A stretch of DNA of 64,000 bases, from positions 41,044,001-41,108,000 of the forward strand of contig OX597830.1 in assembly GCA_951406725.2 (NCBI GenBank), written 5' to 3'. The notes beneath the pieces were generated by a model that was not told the origin of the DNA, did no database searches, and saw only the letters and a list, made by a program, of their open reading frames with translations. This DNA is from Octopus vulgaris. Its lineage: Eukaryota. This document shows positions 51,872 through 64,000 of this stretch, piece by piece. Position 1 is the stretch's first letter. Each line of letters begins with the position of its first letter. A program made the position numbers and the translations under genes.

Positions 51872-52035
51872 ATATCTTTACTTGTTTCAGTTGATAGACT
51901 ACGGTCATGCTGGGGCACCGCCATGAAGAATTTAGGCAAATGAATCAACCCCAATACTTATTAATTTTTTCAACTTAAACCTGGAACTTATTCTATTGGT
52001 TTCTTTCTGCCAAACTGCTAAGTTATATGCTGAAC
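51872..52035 (-). mobile_element. SINE family C, 3' fragment
   Basis: CTTTTACTTGTTTCAG...GGTCATGCTGGGGCACCGCC. Confidence 0.7.
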
Positions 52036-52648
52036 CACTGTTTTTTATTCCCACACCTGTTGGTGGAAGGTGACCATTCTTTATCACCTGTCTCTCTTCA
52101 CTATGTTCACCGGGTTCAATTCTGTCAATATTCATCACCATAAAACAACAGTGATAGTTTTCTACTGAAACAATTCAATTTGCACAAGAAATGGTATTTA
52201 GTTAATGGTTACTTGAATTCTAAAATCAAGTCCTTTCATGATTTTATTTCACATTTTTTCCATCCAAAATCAGTAAAATAAATACCATGAGTCAGTTCTG
52301 TTGCTTATATTCCTGTTCAGAGAAAACTGGTTTTGTACCTTATCCAAAGAAAATCACATCAGATTAGGCCAAGCAAAAGTAACCACAAACAATAGTTATT
52401 TAAAGAAATGAATATGTACAAGTTCTGTCTAGCTGAATGTTTGATACCCCCACTTTTATTTTTTCTTTTGGCTTTCATAAATTAATAAATGAAAGCTTTT
52501 TTCTTTAAAAATTTAATTGAAACTTCACAAGTGAGAAATTTGATTAATTTCAGCAATCAAATATGATCTATTTCAGGGATTAACTTCCCTTAAAAAAATA
52601 CTTAGAAGTCAATGGCAAACCCATCTTTATTATTCAAGAAGAATGTAA

Positions 52649-52753
<105 letters not shown>

Positions 52754-53703
52754 GGGAGAGAGAGATGCTGCATATGAAAGTGTAAAGTCTGTTTCAAAAG
52801 AAGTATCGTCTTCAAGAAAGAAGAATGATTAGTAATGCTGAAGATTTTGTGCCTTGGGAGAGATGCCAAAAATAATAACACACACACCGGTTCAATTCCA
52901 CTTCTTTATTGTTAATCAATTGGTTAAATATCCAACCAACTAACTAATCAATCGTTTGTTTAATGTGTTGATTAAACAATCAGTTGGTTGTTTGTTAGTC
53001 AAAGTTCTTTCGTTGCTGTTCATGACTTTTTCATTGACTTAGTGACTTCCCCTCTCACTCCAAGGTCTGTGTTATTTACCGAGTCATATGACCATTTTGT
53101 TTTTCTTTCAGAATGAGGAATAGGCCATTGAGTAAATATTGCTTTTCAAGTATTTAATTTAAGGAGGAGAAGAAAGAAATTTAGCCATAGTTTTAAAGTT
53201 GCTTGCAGATAGTTATGTTTTCGTCCAAAGTTTTGTATGAAGAAAGTTCCAGAAGGTTATAATTCTGCAAAGGAAGAATTGGTCTGAGGTTTTAATATGG
53301 TATCACAGATGATATGGGGGTTTAGTAGAAGGGAGAATAGAAAGGAAAATACAGGTGCATTGGAGTTGTACCCATTTAGGTAATTGCAAGTATCAAGGGT
53401 TATGACAGTATTGGTAGAAGACAAAAAGATGATGCGGAATGGAGAAGAGGGTGAACTTCATGTTGTAGTGAAAGAGTGAAGGATGTTATTCATCCATCAG
53501 ATTATTTGACACTAGTAGACTACATGGACTTCTTTACAATTATTAACAAGGAGAATGGAGTGAGCAAGTCCTTTTATTACATCAAGTTACAATTGTCTCA
53601 TTTGAATTTGATATCACTTCCCAACTACTACAACCCTGGGGCAACCAAAGCCTTGTGAGCGGATTTGGTAGATGGAAATTGAAAGAAGTCTGTTGTGCAT
53701 GCA

Positions 53704-53739
<36 letters not shown>

Positions 53740-55198
53740 TACCCTTGTCTTGACATTGCATGAAGCAATGCTGTTACATAAGCAATGTTGTTTGTTTCCA
53801 GTCTTCCCTGAAAAACATGTCTATCCATGAAGAAATATTACCTTACTTGGAAACAGATATGGGTTGGTGACAGGAAGGGCATCCAGCTGTAGAAAATCTA
53901 CCACAACAAATTCCATTTGACTTATTCAAGAAAAGCAGATGTTAAATAATGATGATGATATAAAGTAAAATGGCTTAGTTGATACAGTGCTGGACCAACA
54001 ACTTGAAGTTCATGAGTTCAATTTCACTGCAGGCATTTTCTTGTGTATTTAGATAGTGGACATAATTCTACATCCCTTAGTGCACCTCAATCTTTCTGAG
54101 TATTTTGATTGCAATTTTGTAACATTCTATCAAAAATGACAATTTTCACCTGAAGATCTTATAAACTTAAATCTAGATCAAATCACATATACTTATGAGC
54201 CTTTGGGGAATTTGCGAAGCATCTGCCTTATTTTAAAACATATTATTGTAAGTTTGTTTACATTATTTAAGAGAAAAATTTTCTATTATAACTTTGCTGT
54301 CAAGCATTTCCTCAGCACATTCTCACATTTATTCTAACGATGTTTATTTAGACACGCATTTTTTCATGTAAGTAAGCAGATCCCATGTGCAAATTATCGT
54401 TTTTTCACACAGTTGAGGGAATGAATTTTATGCCAGGTTTGGTGTGATGTTCACCGAGGCACTTTTAAAAGAATTTTTATTTAATTTTTAGTTTGATGAG
54501 CACATTAGACACCTGGAACAAAGAGGCAAACGAAACACATGCACATACGGAAACGCTCTTGCATACATGCACATATAGACATTTTTGCATGCACACGCCA
54601 TATATACACACATGTACATCCATACAAATAACCTGTCAATTAATTATTTAATGGAGACGTTGCATACTTACATACCACCTATACTTGTTAAGCATGGAAG
54701 GACAGGCGATGGGATGTTGGTGGTAGTGGTGGCAGTGGTAGCAGCAGGGATATTAACATTTACATAGGTGTCACAAGACTTTCAGGAATGTCAGTCTGCA
54801 AACTAGGTGAAATGTGTTGGTAATTTAGCTAGATGGCATGGCATCTGTATGGTGCAAACAACAAGGAAGTTCTGTATTACCAAAATTTTAAAAAAAAGCA
54901 TGTAAAAAAAAAAAAAAAGGCCCCCCCCCCCCCCGAATTTGAATGGTAAGATACATCCATCTCGCCTTGTGTATATTATTGTTGGTGTGTTTATACATGC
55001 AGAACACAGGAGTGAAGAGGATGAAGATGGGCATGGGTGGAGAGGATAGAGGTGGGCAGTAGCAGCCATTAAGCTTGTTGGAGGGTAAAAGTAGGGGGTG
55101 GGGTACTTTATTGGAATGTTGACTATGGTAATGGTGGTAGAACAAGTATATCCTGGGTAATGAGATACAGTTGAAGAGTGAACTGTTTTCTTTTTTTA

Positions 55199-55259
<61 letters not shown>

Positions 55260-55417
55260 ATGTATGTATGTATGTATATATATGTATATATATTGTGCTG
55301 CTGGTTTGATTATCATAACATCAAACACTATCATTCATATCATGTTATGTCCTTTAATAAAGGTCAGTGGAGTTATAGAAATAGTAACTTTATTATTATC
55401 ATTATAATCATCATATA

Positions 55418-55605
55418 AGGTGGTGAGCTGGCAGAATCGTTAGCATTTTGCCTGTCTTTATGTTCTGAGTTCAAATTCTGCTAAGGTCAACTTTGCCTTT
55501 CATCCTTTTGGGGTCAATGAAATAAGTACCAGTTGGGCACTGGGGTTGATGTAATTGGCTTACCCCACCACCCAAATTTCGGGCCTTCTGCCTGTGGCAG
55601 ATAAG
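55418..55605 (+). mobile_element. SINE family A
   Basis: Head with an internal deletion, core, and an (ATT)n tail. Confidence 0.8.
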
Positions 55606-55659
<54 letters not shown>

Positions 55660-55664
<5 letters not shown>

Positions 55665-56910
55665 GTGAGAGAGCAGTGCATGCCATCAAAGTGACACTGG
55701 GGTACAAATATACGAAGACCAGTATACCCATCATGACTATTCATCTGATTAGGGGATACCAGGCACATGCAACATAACCATATGTGTGCAACACGGTGAT
55801 CTCATCTAATATACTAAATGTGAAAACTAATTTCTGTGTGTCAGTGTGTCACACTTTGACCCCCACCTCTCTTACTATTTAATGATACTTCTACTACTGC
55901 TCATGTTGGGGTGAGAATAATAATAGACAGAGAGATGGTGAGGGTGGTGGTGAAAACAGAGAGAGAGGGAGAGAAAGAGAGACAGAATTTTAGGGAGAGT
56001 TGATGATGTTTTATTAAAAGTAGTAGTGTTGATGGTGGCAGTGGGAGTAATAATAAGAGAGAGAGAGAAAGAGGGACTGAACACTGAACTAACATTCAGA
56101 ACAAACAAACATTTAGCCTTTTCATGATGGTAACAGGGTGAGTATAATAGTATGAGCTGTAGTTGTGATAGAGGCGGAGGTGGCAGTGATGGTGATGGTG
56201 GTGGTGGTGGTGGTAGCCAAGGCAATGAGGGATGATGGTGTGAGTAAGCAATGTGAAAGATTGTGGTGATGTTGGTAGAGAGGAAGGCGGCAAAGTCAGA
56301 GGTATTGATGTTGGTAGCATCAGAAGTCTGAATGGTGTGTGTATGGTGGTGATGGTGGTGGTATTGTTGTTTATCATGCAGCTTTGCAATAAGTTCCGAG
56401 TTGACAAATCATATCATTGTTTTGATGAAAATTGTTCATTGCTGGAAAAACATTGGTCAAGTTTAATAAAATTTGATATGTACTCAATGCATGAAGTATC
56501 ATTGTTGGGCCCAAGGCCTAATGAAGAGCCTTCCACGGGAGCTAGCTTAAAAACCATCTGATAGGGGAGCTTTTAAGCTAATATCAATATAAGCAGCATA
56601 TGATCTTGCAGGTGAGACCCAGTTAGAATTTTCTTCCCGCTCAAAAGGTCCCTGAGTAAGGGTTGTTTAAGGATATTGAACAAAGCACCCATGTTTCCAA
56701 AGGTGAATTATCCAAACCCCAAAGATCAGAGATGCACTTATCGTCAGCCACCAAAGGACATACTCAACAGGTTATGGTAAAAAAACTGACAAGCAAATCT
56801 GTAGTATTCAGCAGAATATTTGCTTTAGCCCTTCTTTTAGACCAAGACAACGCAATGTACATGATAACACTTCCAATCAGTTAAATCCAGAAACCATGAG
56901 ATCCACTGCC
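55660..56910 (-). mobile_element. Interspersed repeat family E split by a Helitron (55660-55804 + 56582-56910)
   Basis: The two halves are colinear with the intact copies. Confidence 0.75.
55805..56581 (+). mobile_element. Non-autonomous Helitron-like element nested in a family-E repeat
   Basis: Begins TC (TCTAATATACTAAATGTGAAA) and ends CTAA (CTRR). Inserted between A (55804) and T (56582) without a TSD. Removing it restores GTGATCTCA|TATCAA as seen in the uninterrupted copy near 13490-13505. The 3' end has the inverted repeat TAGCTTAAAA (56543-56552) / TTTTAAGCTA (56571-56580). Confidence 0.7.
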
Positions 56911-56947
56911 TTGTTGTTGTCGTCATTGTTGCTGCCGCCACCGCTGT

Positions 56948-57302
56948 TGTTCAAATTCTGCTGGGATCGACTTTACCTTTCATCTTTTCAGAGTCAATAA
57001 ACTATGTACCAGTGAAACACTGGGATTGATGTAATTGACTCACCCCCTCCCCCAAAATGACTCCCTTGTAGCAAACTTTAAAACCATTATTATTATTATT
57101 ATTATTAGGGCAGTGAGTTGAGGGAATTGTTAGCATGTTAGACAAAATGCTAAGTAACATTTCTTCTGGCTCTTTATGTCCTGAGTTTGAATCCCACTGG
57201 TGTCAACTTTACCTTTCATCCTTTCAGGGTGAATAAAACGAAGTACCAGTCAATTGCTGGGGTTGCTGTAATTGACTACCCTGCTCCTTAAAATTTGCTA
57301 GT
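56948..57302 (+). mobile_element. Two SINE family A copies, the first 5'-truncated
   Basis: Core motif at ~56968 and ~57203. Confidence 0.7.
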
Positions 57303-57781
57303 CTTAGCACTGGTGTTGGTGCTGGTGCCTCATAAAAAGTACTGGTGATGGTGCCATGTAAAAAGCAACCTCTATACTCTGTGGAATGGTTGGTATTAGG
57401 AACGGCATCCAACTATAGAAATCAAACAAAAGAGACTATAGAACCTGGTGCAGCACCTGGCCTTGCCAGTTCCTGTCAAGCTGTCCAACCCATGCCAGCA
57501 TGGAAAATCAATGTTGAATGTTGATGATGATGATGTTATTTGTTTGGGTGGAAAGAATTGCACTTCCCAATCCACACTACCCACAACTACGTTGCTGGCA
57601 CCGCAACCAAAGTCTTTAATTTCACATTCTGCAGAATTATGGATAGGAAATTACTGATGATGTTCCACTTGTCTTCATCTTTCCTCAGTAGTTCTACTAC
57701 ACCCTGGCTTGCAGAACTCTGAATTGTTCCATTCTGCTACTGTTTGCAGTAGATATCTCTCAAGACATTGTTGAACAAGTA

Positions 57782-57971
57782 CTGTATTTTCTGGCATACA
57801 TGTTGATTTATTCAGACCAATATTTACAACCCCAAAAAAGTGGGTGGGTTTCTATACTAGGATGACTTTGGAGGTCCCAAAATTCCATCTGAAATGCAGC
57901 AGGATTTAGTAAGATAGTGATGATGCTTTGATGTTTATAAACCACATCAACTTGTATGCTATAGAATATAG
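57782..57971. mobile_element. pogo/Tigger-type MITE (CCGTATTTTC-like ends)
   Basis: TA-CTGTATTTTCTGGCATACATG ... CTTGTATGCTATAGAATATAG-TA, with TA on both sides. Confidence 0.65.
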
Positions 57972-58364
57972 TAACAGACACTAAAGCCTGATTTTAGTCT
58001 GCTTATTTCTTAGGAGTATAATCTTTATAAAAAATGTTAGTCACAACTTATCTTACTTTGGTGCTTTCATACGAAAATACTGGCAATTGATGAATGCAAA
58101 CAGTTAAATGTAACTTGAAGCACAATGGTCTGACTTTACACATGTAATGAAAGAAATGCAAAAGAAGAAACTGATTTTACTAATTAGAAATCTATGTAAC
58201 TTGGGACAACAATAATAATTGCTTATTTGCCATGAGGACATCAGAGACACAAACATTTCAGTAACACATAAAATTACCCAATATGTAAATGTCTAATAAT
58301 AATAATAGTAATAATAATAATGATAATAATAATAATGATGATAATAATAATGATGATGATAATG

Positions 58365-58407
<43 letters not shown>

Positions 58408-58419
58408 AAGACTCTCCTG

Positions 58420-58709
58420 TTGAAGACGACGTATGAGCATTCAGCTGTTTTGCCGGATAACCAGCCCAAATGATTTGTTTATTGTTATGAAATGTTCATG
58501 CCGCACATTAGCTCACTCACTCTCCATCAAATAGACATTGTCTGAACAAGTGCACAGTGTACCACGTGTCAGGTATTGAAGTGATCAAAAGAGCAATGTG
58601 AGATGAAGTGTTTTGCTTAAGAACACAATGCACCACCCGGTCTAGGAATTGAAATCACAATTTAGCAATTGTGAGTGCAACACCCTAACCACATGGCCAT
58701 GTGCCTTCA
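58420..58709 (-). mobile_element. SINE family B (another tail variant)
   Basis: Reverse-complement head CACCCTAACCACATGGCCATGTGCCTTCA and core GTGTTTTGCTTAAGAACACAA. Confidence 0.7.
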
Positions 58710-58775
58710 TAATAATAATAGTAATGATAATAATAATAATAATAATAATTATTATTATTATTATTATTATTATTA

Positions 58776-59119
58776 TCGAAATCGATCAACATCAATGGAA
58801 ATTGCGGCTGTGATACCAGTGCCGGTGGTATGTAAGACAACCGTCCGAACGTGGCCGTTGCCAGCGCCACCCCGATTGGCCTCATGCCTGTGGCATGTAA
58901 AAAGCACCATCCAATCGTGGCCGTTTGGCAGCCTCGTCTGGCACCTGTGCCGGTGGCACGTAAAAAGCACCCACTACACTCACGGAGTGGTTGGCGTTAG
59001 GAAGGGCATCCAGCCGTAGAAACATTGTCAGATCAGACTGGGCCTGGTGCAGCCTTCTGGCATCCCAGACCCCAGTTGAACCGTCCAACCCATGCTAGCA
59101 TGGAAAGCGGATGCTAAAC

Positions 59120-59151
<32 letters not shown>
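58776..59151 (+). mobile_element. Retroposon family D, longest copy, (GAT)n tail
   Basis: GGAGTGGTTGGCGTTAGGAAGGGCATCCAG...CCGTCCAACCCATGCTAGCATGGAAAGCGGA then (GAT)n; copies are variably 5'-truncated. Confidence 0.8.
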
Positions 59152-59152
<1 letters not shown>

Positions 59153-59374
59153 AATCCTTTATGCTATAAGTACAAGGCCTGAAATTTTGGAGAGGGGATA
59201 GCTGATTACATTGATTGCCCTCTCCTTTCCGTACTTAAGTTGTACTTTATCTTATTGACCCCAAAATGTTGAAAGGCAAAGTTGACCTTGGTAGAATTTG
59301 AACATAGAATGTAAACTGAGTCAGAAGAAACGCCGTTAAGCATTTTGTCCAACACTAATGATACTGCTAGCTCG

Positions 59375-59380
<6 letters not shown>
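59153..59380 (-). mobile_element. SINE family A
   Basis: Reverse complement of head, core and tail. Confidence 0.7.
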
Positions 59381-59440
<60 letters not shown>

Positions 59441-59616
59441 TGATGATGATGACGATATAGATGTCAACCCTTGTAATGTAGCTATCTTCCAGTTGAATAT
59501 GTTAGTCATATGATATAATAATAGTTGAAATTGTTTTATAACAAACAAGAGCCTCCTGGAGCAGAAAATTCTAGGAATACGATTCTTCTTTAAAAAGAAA
59601 TATAAAAACAGGAAAG

Positions 59617-59665
<49 letters not shown>

Positions 59666-60318
59666 GAGTATGTCATTGGTAAACTTTTATTTTTATATTT
59701 TTTTGTATGTACATTCTGCTCCTCTTCTCTATAATAAATCTTTTCTTCAGCTCCATCCATACCCACCACCATTGTGTGCCCACTTATTTGTTGTTCTTTT
59801 TTCTTTTCGAAATATGTAGGTATTTAAAAATGAAAACTAAAAAAAAAAAAAAAAAAACAGAAAACAAAGCTAAAGCTGAAAAATAAGAAACAAAAAAAAA
59901 AAAAGCCAAAAATGATGACAGAAATTTCTTTGTATGCAGTTAAGTTTTAAAAGAAACAACCCCAAAATCACAAAAGAAAACCTCTAAAAAATACAATGTT
60001 TTTTGCTACAGAAACATAAAGCAACAGTACACACACACACACACACACTACAGAAGCACAAAGGCAACAGTGTACTCATACTTACGGGTGTGTGTGTGTG
60101 TGTATACTTTGCGTATATGTATGTAAAAGATATACGCAACATTACATACTACTATATACATACATAAAGCTTGTATAATCTTTTTGTTTCATAATTCAAT
60201 ATAAAATTGCTCTCTTGAAATCTGGTTTATGTGTTTTTTTCCCAAAAAATCTTCAGAATCGGGTTATGTATATATGTGTAATGCTACCTTGCCTCTGGGT
60301 AGGATTATCATCATAATC

Positions 60319-60350
<32 letters not shown>

Positions 60351-60366
60351 TGTTGCTATTATTAAA

Positions 60367-60668
60367 ATGGTGGTTGGCAGAGTTGGTAGAGGATTGGACA
60401 AAATAGTTTGTGGTATTTCATTATTTCTGAAGTTCAAATCCATCCAGGGACCAACTTTTTCTTTCACCTGTTTCATTGCTGCTTTGGACAAAATGTTTAA
60501 TGCTATTTTTTCTAGTTCCTTACGTGCTAAATTCAAATTCCTCCAAAATCACCTTTTATCTTATATCCTTTCAGGGTTGATAAAATAAAGTCTCATCAAG
60601 TACTGTGGTTGATGTAATCAGTTTGCCCCCTCCCCTCAAAATTAATAGCCTTATGCCAAAATTAGAAA
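60367..60668 (+). mobile_element. Degenerate SINE family A with duplicated head
   Basis: Two GGACAAAAT...TTCAAAT heads followed by one core and tail. Confidence 0.55.
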
Positions 60669-60975
60669 TTCTTATTCGTATTATTATTATCATTATTATT
60701 ATTATAAATGTTGCACAGTATACAATATTGTGAGGGTGCTGATTGAAGATATTGTGTCTGCTGGGGGTTTGTACTTGTCCCTAAGGTTTTCAAATGTTTT
60801 TTTTCAGATTGGGTGGTATTGAACCCAATGCTCTGATGACAATAGGGATAGTCTTTATGTTTGACTCTCATAGCTGCCACATCTGAGCAATCTCAATTCT
60901 CAGGTTTCCATATTTATCAACTTTTTCTCTTTCTTTCAAGATATGTTGATCTCCTGGCACTGCTATGTCATAATA

Positions 60976-61278
60976 TTCTTCTTCTTCTTCTTCTTCTTCT
61001 TCTTCTTCTTCTTCTTCTTCTTCTTCTTCTTCTTCTTCTTCTTCTTCTTCTTCTTCTTCTTCTTCTTCTTCTTCTTCTTCTTCTTCTTCTTCTTCTTCTT
61101 CTTCTTCTTCTTCTTCTTCTTCTTCTTCTTCTTCTTCTTCTTCTTCTTCTTCTTCTTCTTCTTCTTCTTCTTCTTCTTCTTCTTCTTCTTCTTCTTCTTC
61201 TTCTTCTTCTTCTTCTTCTTCTTCTTCTTCTTCTTCTTCTTCTTCTTCTTCTTCTTCTTCTTCTTCTTCTTCTTCTTC
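60976..61278. repeat. (TTC)101 perfect trinucleotide repeat, followed by (CCT)n
   Basis: 303 uninterrupted nt; the pure pyrimidine run continues to 61334. Confidence 0.95.
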
Positions 61279-61371
61279 TCCTCCTCCTCCTCCTCCTCCT
61301 CCTCCTCTCCTCCTCCTCCCTCCTCCTCCTCTTCATCCCCCTCCCCCCCTCTTCATTATTTTTTTTTTTTT

Positions 61372-61658
61372 TGTTTGGTACATATTCTAACAGGCTCTTT
61401 TGTTAAACTGTTAAGTTACAGGGACATGAAAAAAGCCAACATTGATTGTCAAGCAATGGTGGGCAACACACACATGCAAACACAAACAGATGTGATGGGC
61501 TTCCACATAGTTTCCATCTATCCAAGTCACTCACATGGTATTGGTCGGTCCAAGGCTACAGTAGGAGACACTTGCCCAAGGTCTTATGTACTGGGCTTGA
61601 ACTTGAAACCATATGGTTACAAAGCATGCTTGTTAACCACACGGCCATACTTGCACCT
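61372..61658 (-). mobile_element. Degenerate SINE family C
   Basis: GACACTTGCCCAAGG core and head complement. Confidence 0.7.
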
Positions 61659-62274
61659 ACGATTAATGAAGTTCCAGTAATATATTGAGGGTCAACACAG
61701 CCCTTCTCCATTACTTTATTCCTTTTCTTTCTCTCTCTCTTTTAATCTTGACTTTCTGTTTTCTCTGTGTTTCTCTCTCTCTCTCTTTTAATCTTGATTT
61801 TCTGTTTTCTCTGTCTGTTTCTCTCTCTCTCTCTTTGTACTAATTGATTTATCTAAGTGCGTGTACCTTCTAACTAATTTGTCTAATTTCCCTAATCAAT
61901 GTTAAGCACCAAAATTCTGCTGCATTGATATGAAACACTAAAGAAGGCGCTGTCCACATAACCCAAAAACATAAGATGCCCTGCTTCCGTCCCCACCCCT
62001 TTTCTTCATAATATGGTTAGCAACACAAGTCTCCACACTTTATTTATTCATTTATTTATTTATCTATCTATTTATTTATTTATTGCTATTTGCCAAGCAG
62101 TTCAATTGATCTGAATTAACTCTCTACAAACCACCCAACCATTTTTTCTTCTCCATCTATTAAAACTCCTCCTCTACCAAATTTTCTCTCATCTGTCTAC
62201 TTAGTATGTCTGTCAATTTAATTACCCCCTTCCCCTGCCATCTCATTCTCACTCTTTTTTTCTGACTTTCTCCC

Positions 62275-62311
<37 letters not shown>

Positions 62312-62313
62312 AC

Positions 62314-62540
62314 GTCTATCATATTGACTGTTTTCTGTCTCTCTTTCTCTTTCTCTCTCTCCTTCCCTCCTTCTCTCTCTGTCTATCATATTGACTATTT
62401 TCTGTCTCTCTCTTTCTCTTCCTCTCTCTCTCTCTCTCTCTCTCTGTCTATCATATTGACTGTTTCCTGTCTCTCTCTCTCTTTCTCTCTCTATCTCCTC
62501 CTTTCTGTCTATCTATTGTATTGACTATTTTACTGTCTTC
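62314..62540. repeat. ~66-bp minisatellite with embedded (CT)n
   Basis: Core GTCTATCATATTGACT(G/A)TTTTCTGTCT at ~62314, 62381 and 62446, with a degenerate copy at ~62510. Confidence 0.85.
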
Positions 62541-63282
62541 TCGTTTGTCCACTTCATCTGTCTGTTGTTGTATTTTGGAATAGTTCCACTCTTCTTCGCT
62601 TTCATCTATGCAGTTTTAATCTATTTCTTCTAACATGTCTATCTTCTTATTTCTGTCTCATGTATTTTTTTTCTCCTTTCTTTTCTTTTCGTTAGCTATT
62701 ATTATTCAATAAATCAATACTAAACTATCTTTCTTAATTTAAGCGATGAAGGCGATGGTATTTATCAAATCTATCTCCTCCATACAATTATTTTCAATTC
62801 TTCTTTGAGCATATCTTCTTTGCCCCCTTTCATAACCTTTCCTTTCTCATCTCATGATACATTCATTGTTTTGTAGTTGTTATTGTTTTCTTACTTTTAC
62901 TCCCATAATTTTTTTTGTTTGTTTCTTATGTGTTTTTATATTTTTTTGATTCTCGGTTATTCACTTATCATGGCTTTAAAACTTTTCTTTTGTCCATTAT
63001 TACAGTCTGACTAGTATATGCATATATATATTCTATTATTAGAAAACGTAGCATTTTCCCACCATTCTTGCAAAAAGTGTCATGTTTTTTCATGGCTGCA
63101 GTCTTTTAATGCTCACCACTTCCAACGTCGCCAAGTGTGACGTATGCCCATTATGATACTGTTTTGAATCTATGCAGATTGCATGTGTATGTGTGTGAAT
63201 GCTTGCTTATTGTTGATGTTATTGATGATGTTAGTATCATCATCATCATCATCATCATCATCGTTAGCATCATTATTTTTAT

Positions 63283-63408
63283 TTGACTTTGCTTTTCATT
63301 CTTTCGGGGTTGATAAATTAAATACCAGTGAAATACTGGGGGTTGATGTAATTGACTAGTCCTCCTCCGCCCCCAAATTTCAAGCCTTGTGACTTTAGTA
63401 GAAAGGAT
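63283..63408 (+). mobile_element. SINE family A, 3' half
   Basis: Core and tail CCCCAAATTTCAAGCCTTGTG...GTAGAAAGGAT. Confidence 0.7.
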
Positions 63409-63448
63409 GATAATAACAACAATAATAATAATAATAATAATAATAATA

Positions 63449-63498
<50 letters not shown>

Positions 63499-64000
63499 TA
63501 TTATTATAATTAGTGTAATTTTATCTGCAACATCTGCAAGCTTTATTTCCCCTTATTGAAATCTACTGCACTTGTTTTCTAGACAATATATATTAATATG
63601 AAAGTGTCATAATATCCATTTTGTGCTTGACAAAATATGCTACCAAATAGATTAAATGTAAACTTTCTTGTTACCACGATAACCTGGAACTGCTGTCTTA
63701 AATTCACATTATTGAAAAACAGTGAAAAACATTAAATGAAACCTTTGAACATCTTAGAACACATCTTTAGACACTAGATTGATGTCCCATCATCATTATT
63801 CCATCATCACCATCAGTGGGTTTTTTTTTTTTCCCCATTCATTATGTTTTTTTTTTTAGTGTCATGGATTGATTTTTCTGTGGTTTATTTAGTAAGTCTT
63901 GGCGTCTCTTGATCTTCTTATCTCTTCAAGTAAAGTGAGACATAATTGTTCTCAAGTCTTACTCAGCTGCTTCATTTTATTTATGTATTATTATAATCAT

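Noticed and set aside
55806-56584. CTAATAT 7-bp direct repeat as a TSD
   Set aside because: Treating it as a TSD leaves five extra bases in the host repeat, whereas A|TC...CTAA|T boundaries restore the host exactly.
60861-61680. Poly-Leu, poly-Phe and poly-Arg ORFs
   Set aside because: Artefacts of the stop-free (TTC)n tract plus SINE sequence.

Overview
This is AT-rich, microsatellite-dense animal genomic DNA. The SINE content and repeat style suggest an octopus-type cephalopod, which is inference from recalled repeat families. The only credible coding sequence is one large + strand exon (acceptor AG 9171-9172, donor GT 10632-10633). It carries a uATG-rich 5' UTR and the first ~391 codons of an MBD5/MBD6-like protein (Drosophila sba-like). 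The methyl-CpG-binding domain is cut by a phase-2 intron, and I found no downstream exon in the remaining ~53 kb. Everything else is intronic or intergenic. It holds dozens of copies of tRNA-headed SINE families with swapped tails, piggyBac-, pogo- and hAT-type MITEs, two Helitron-like elements, R4/Dong- and RTE-type LINE relics, and many simple repeats including a pure (TTC)101 tract. The most notable finds are a type I hammerhead ribozyme motif with an intact core on the minus strand (23436-23543), a decayed one on the plus strand next to a Penelope-like relic (16580-16623), a Helitron with an exactly reconstructable empty site, and a 138-bp foldback element. No prokaryotic systems such as CRISPR arrays or operons are present. 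Nearly all ORFs in the supplied track are translations of simple repeats or SINEs.
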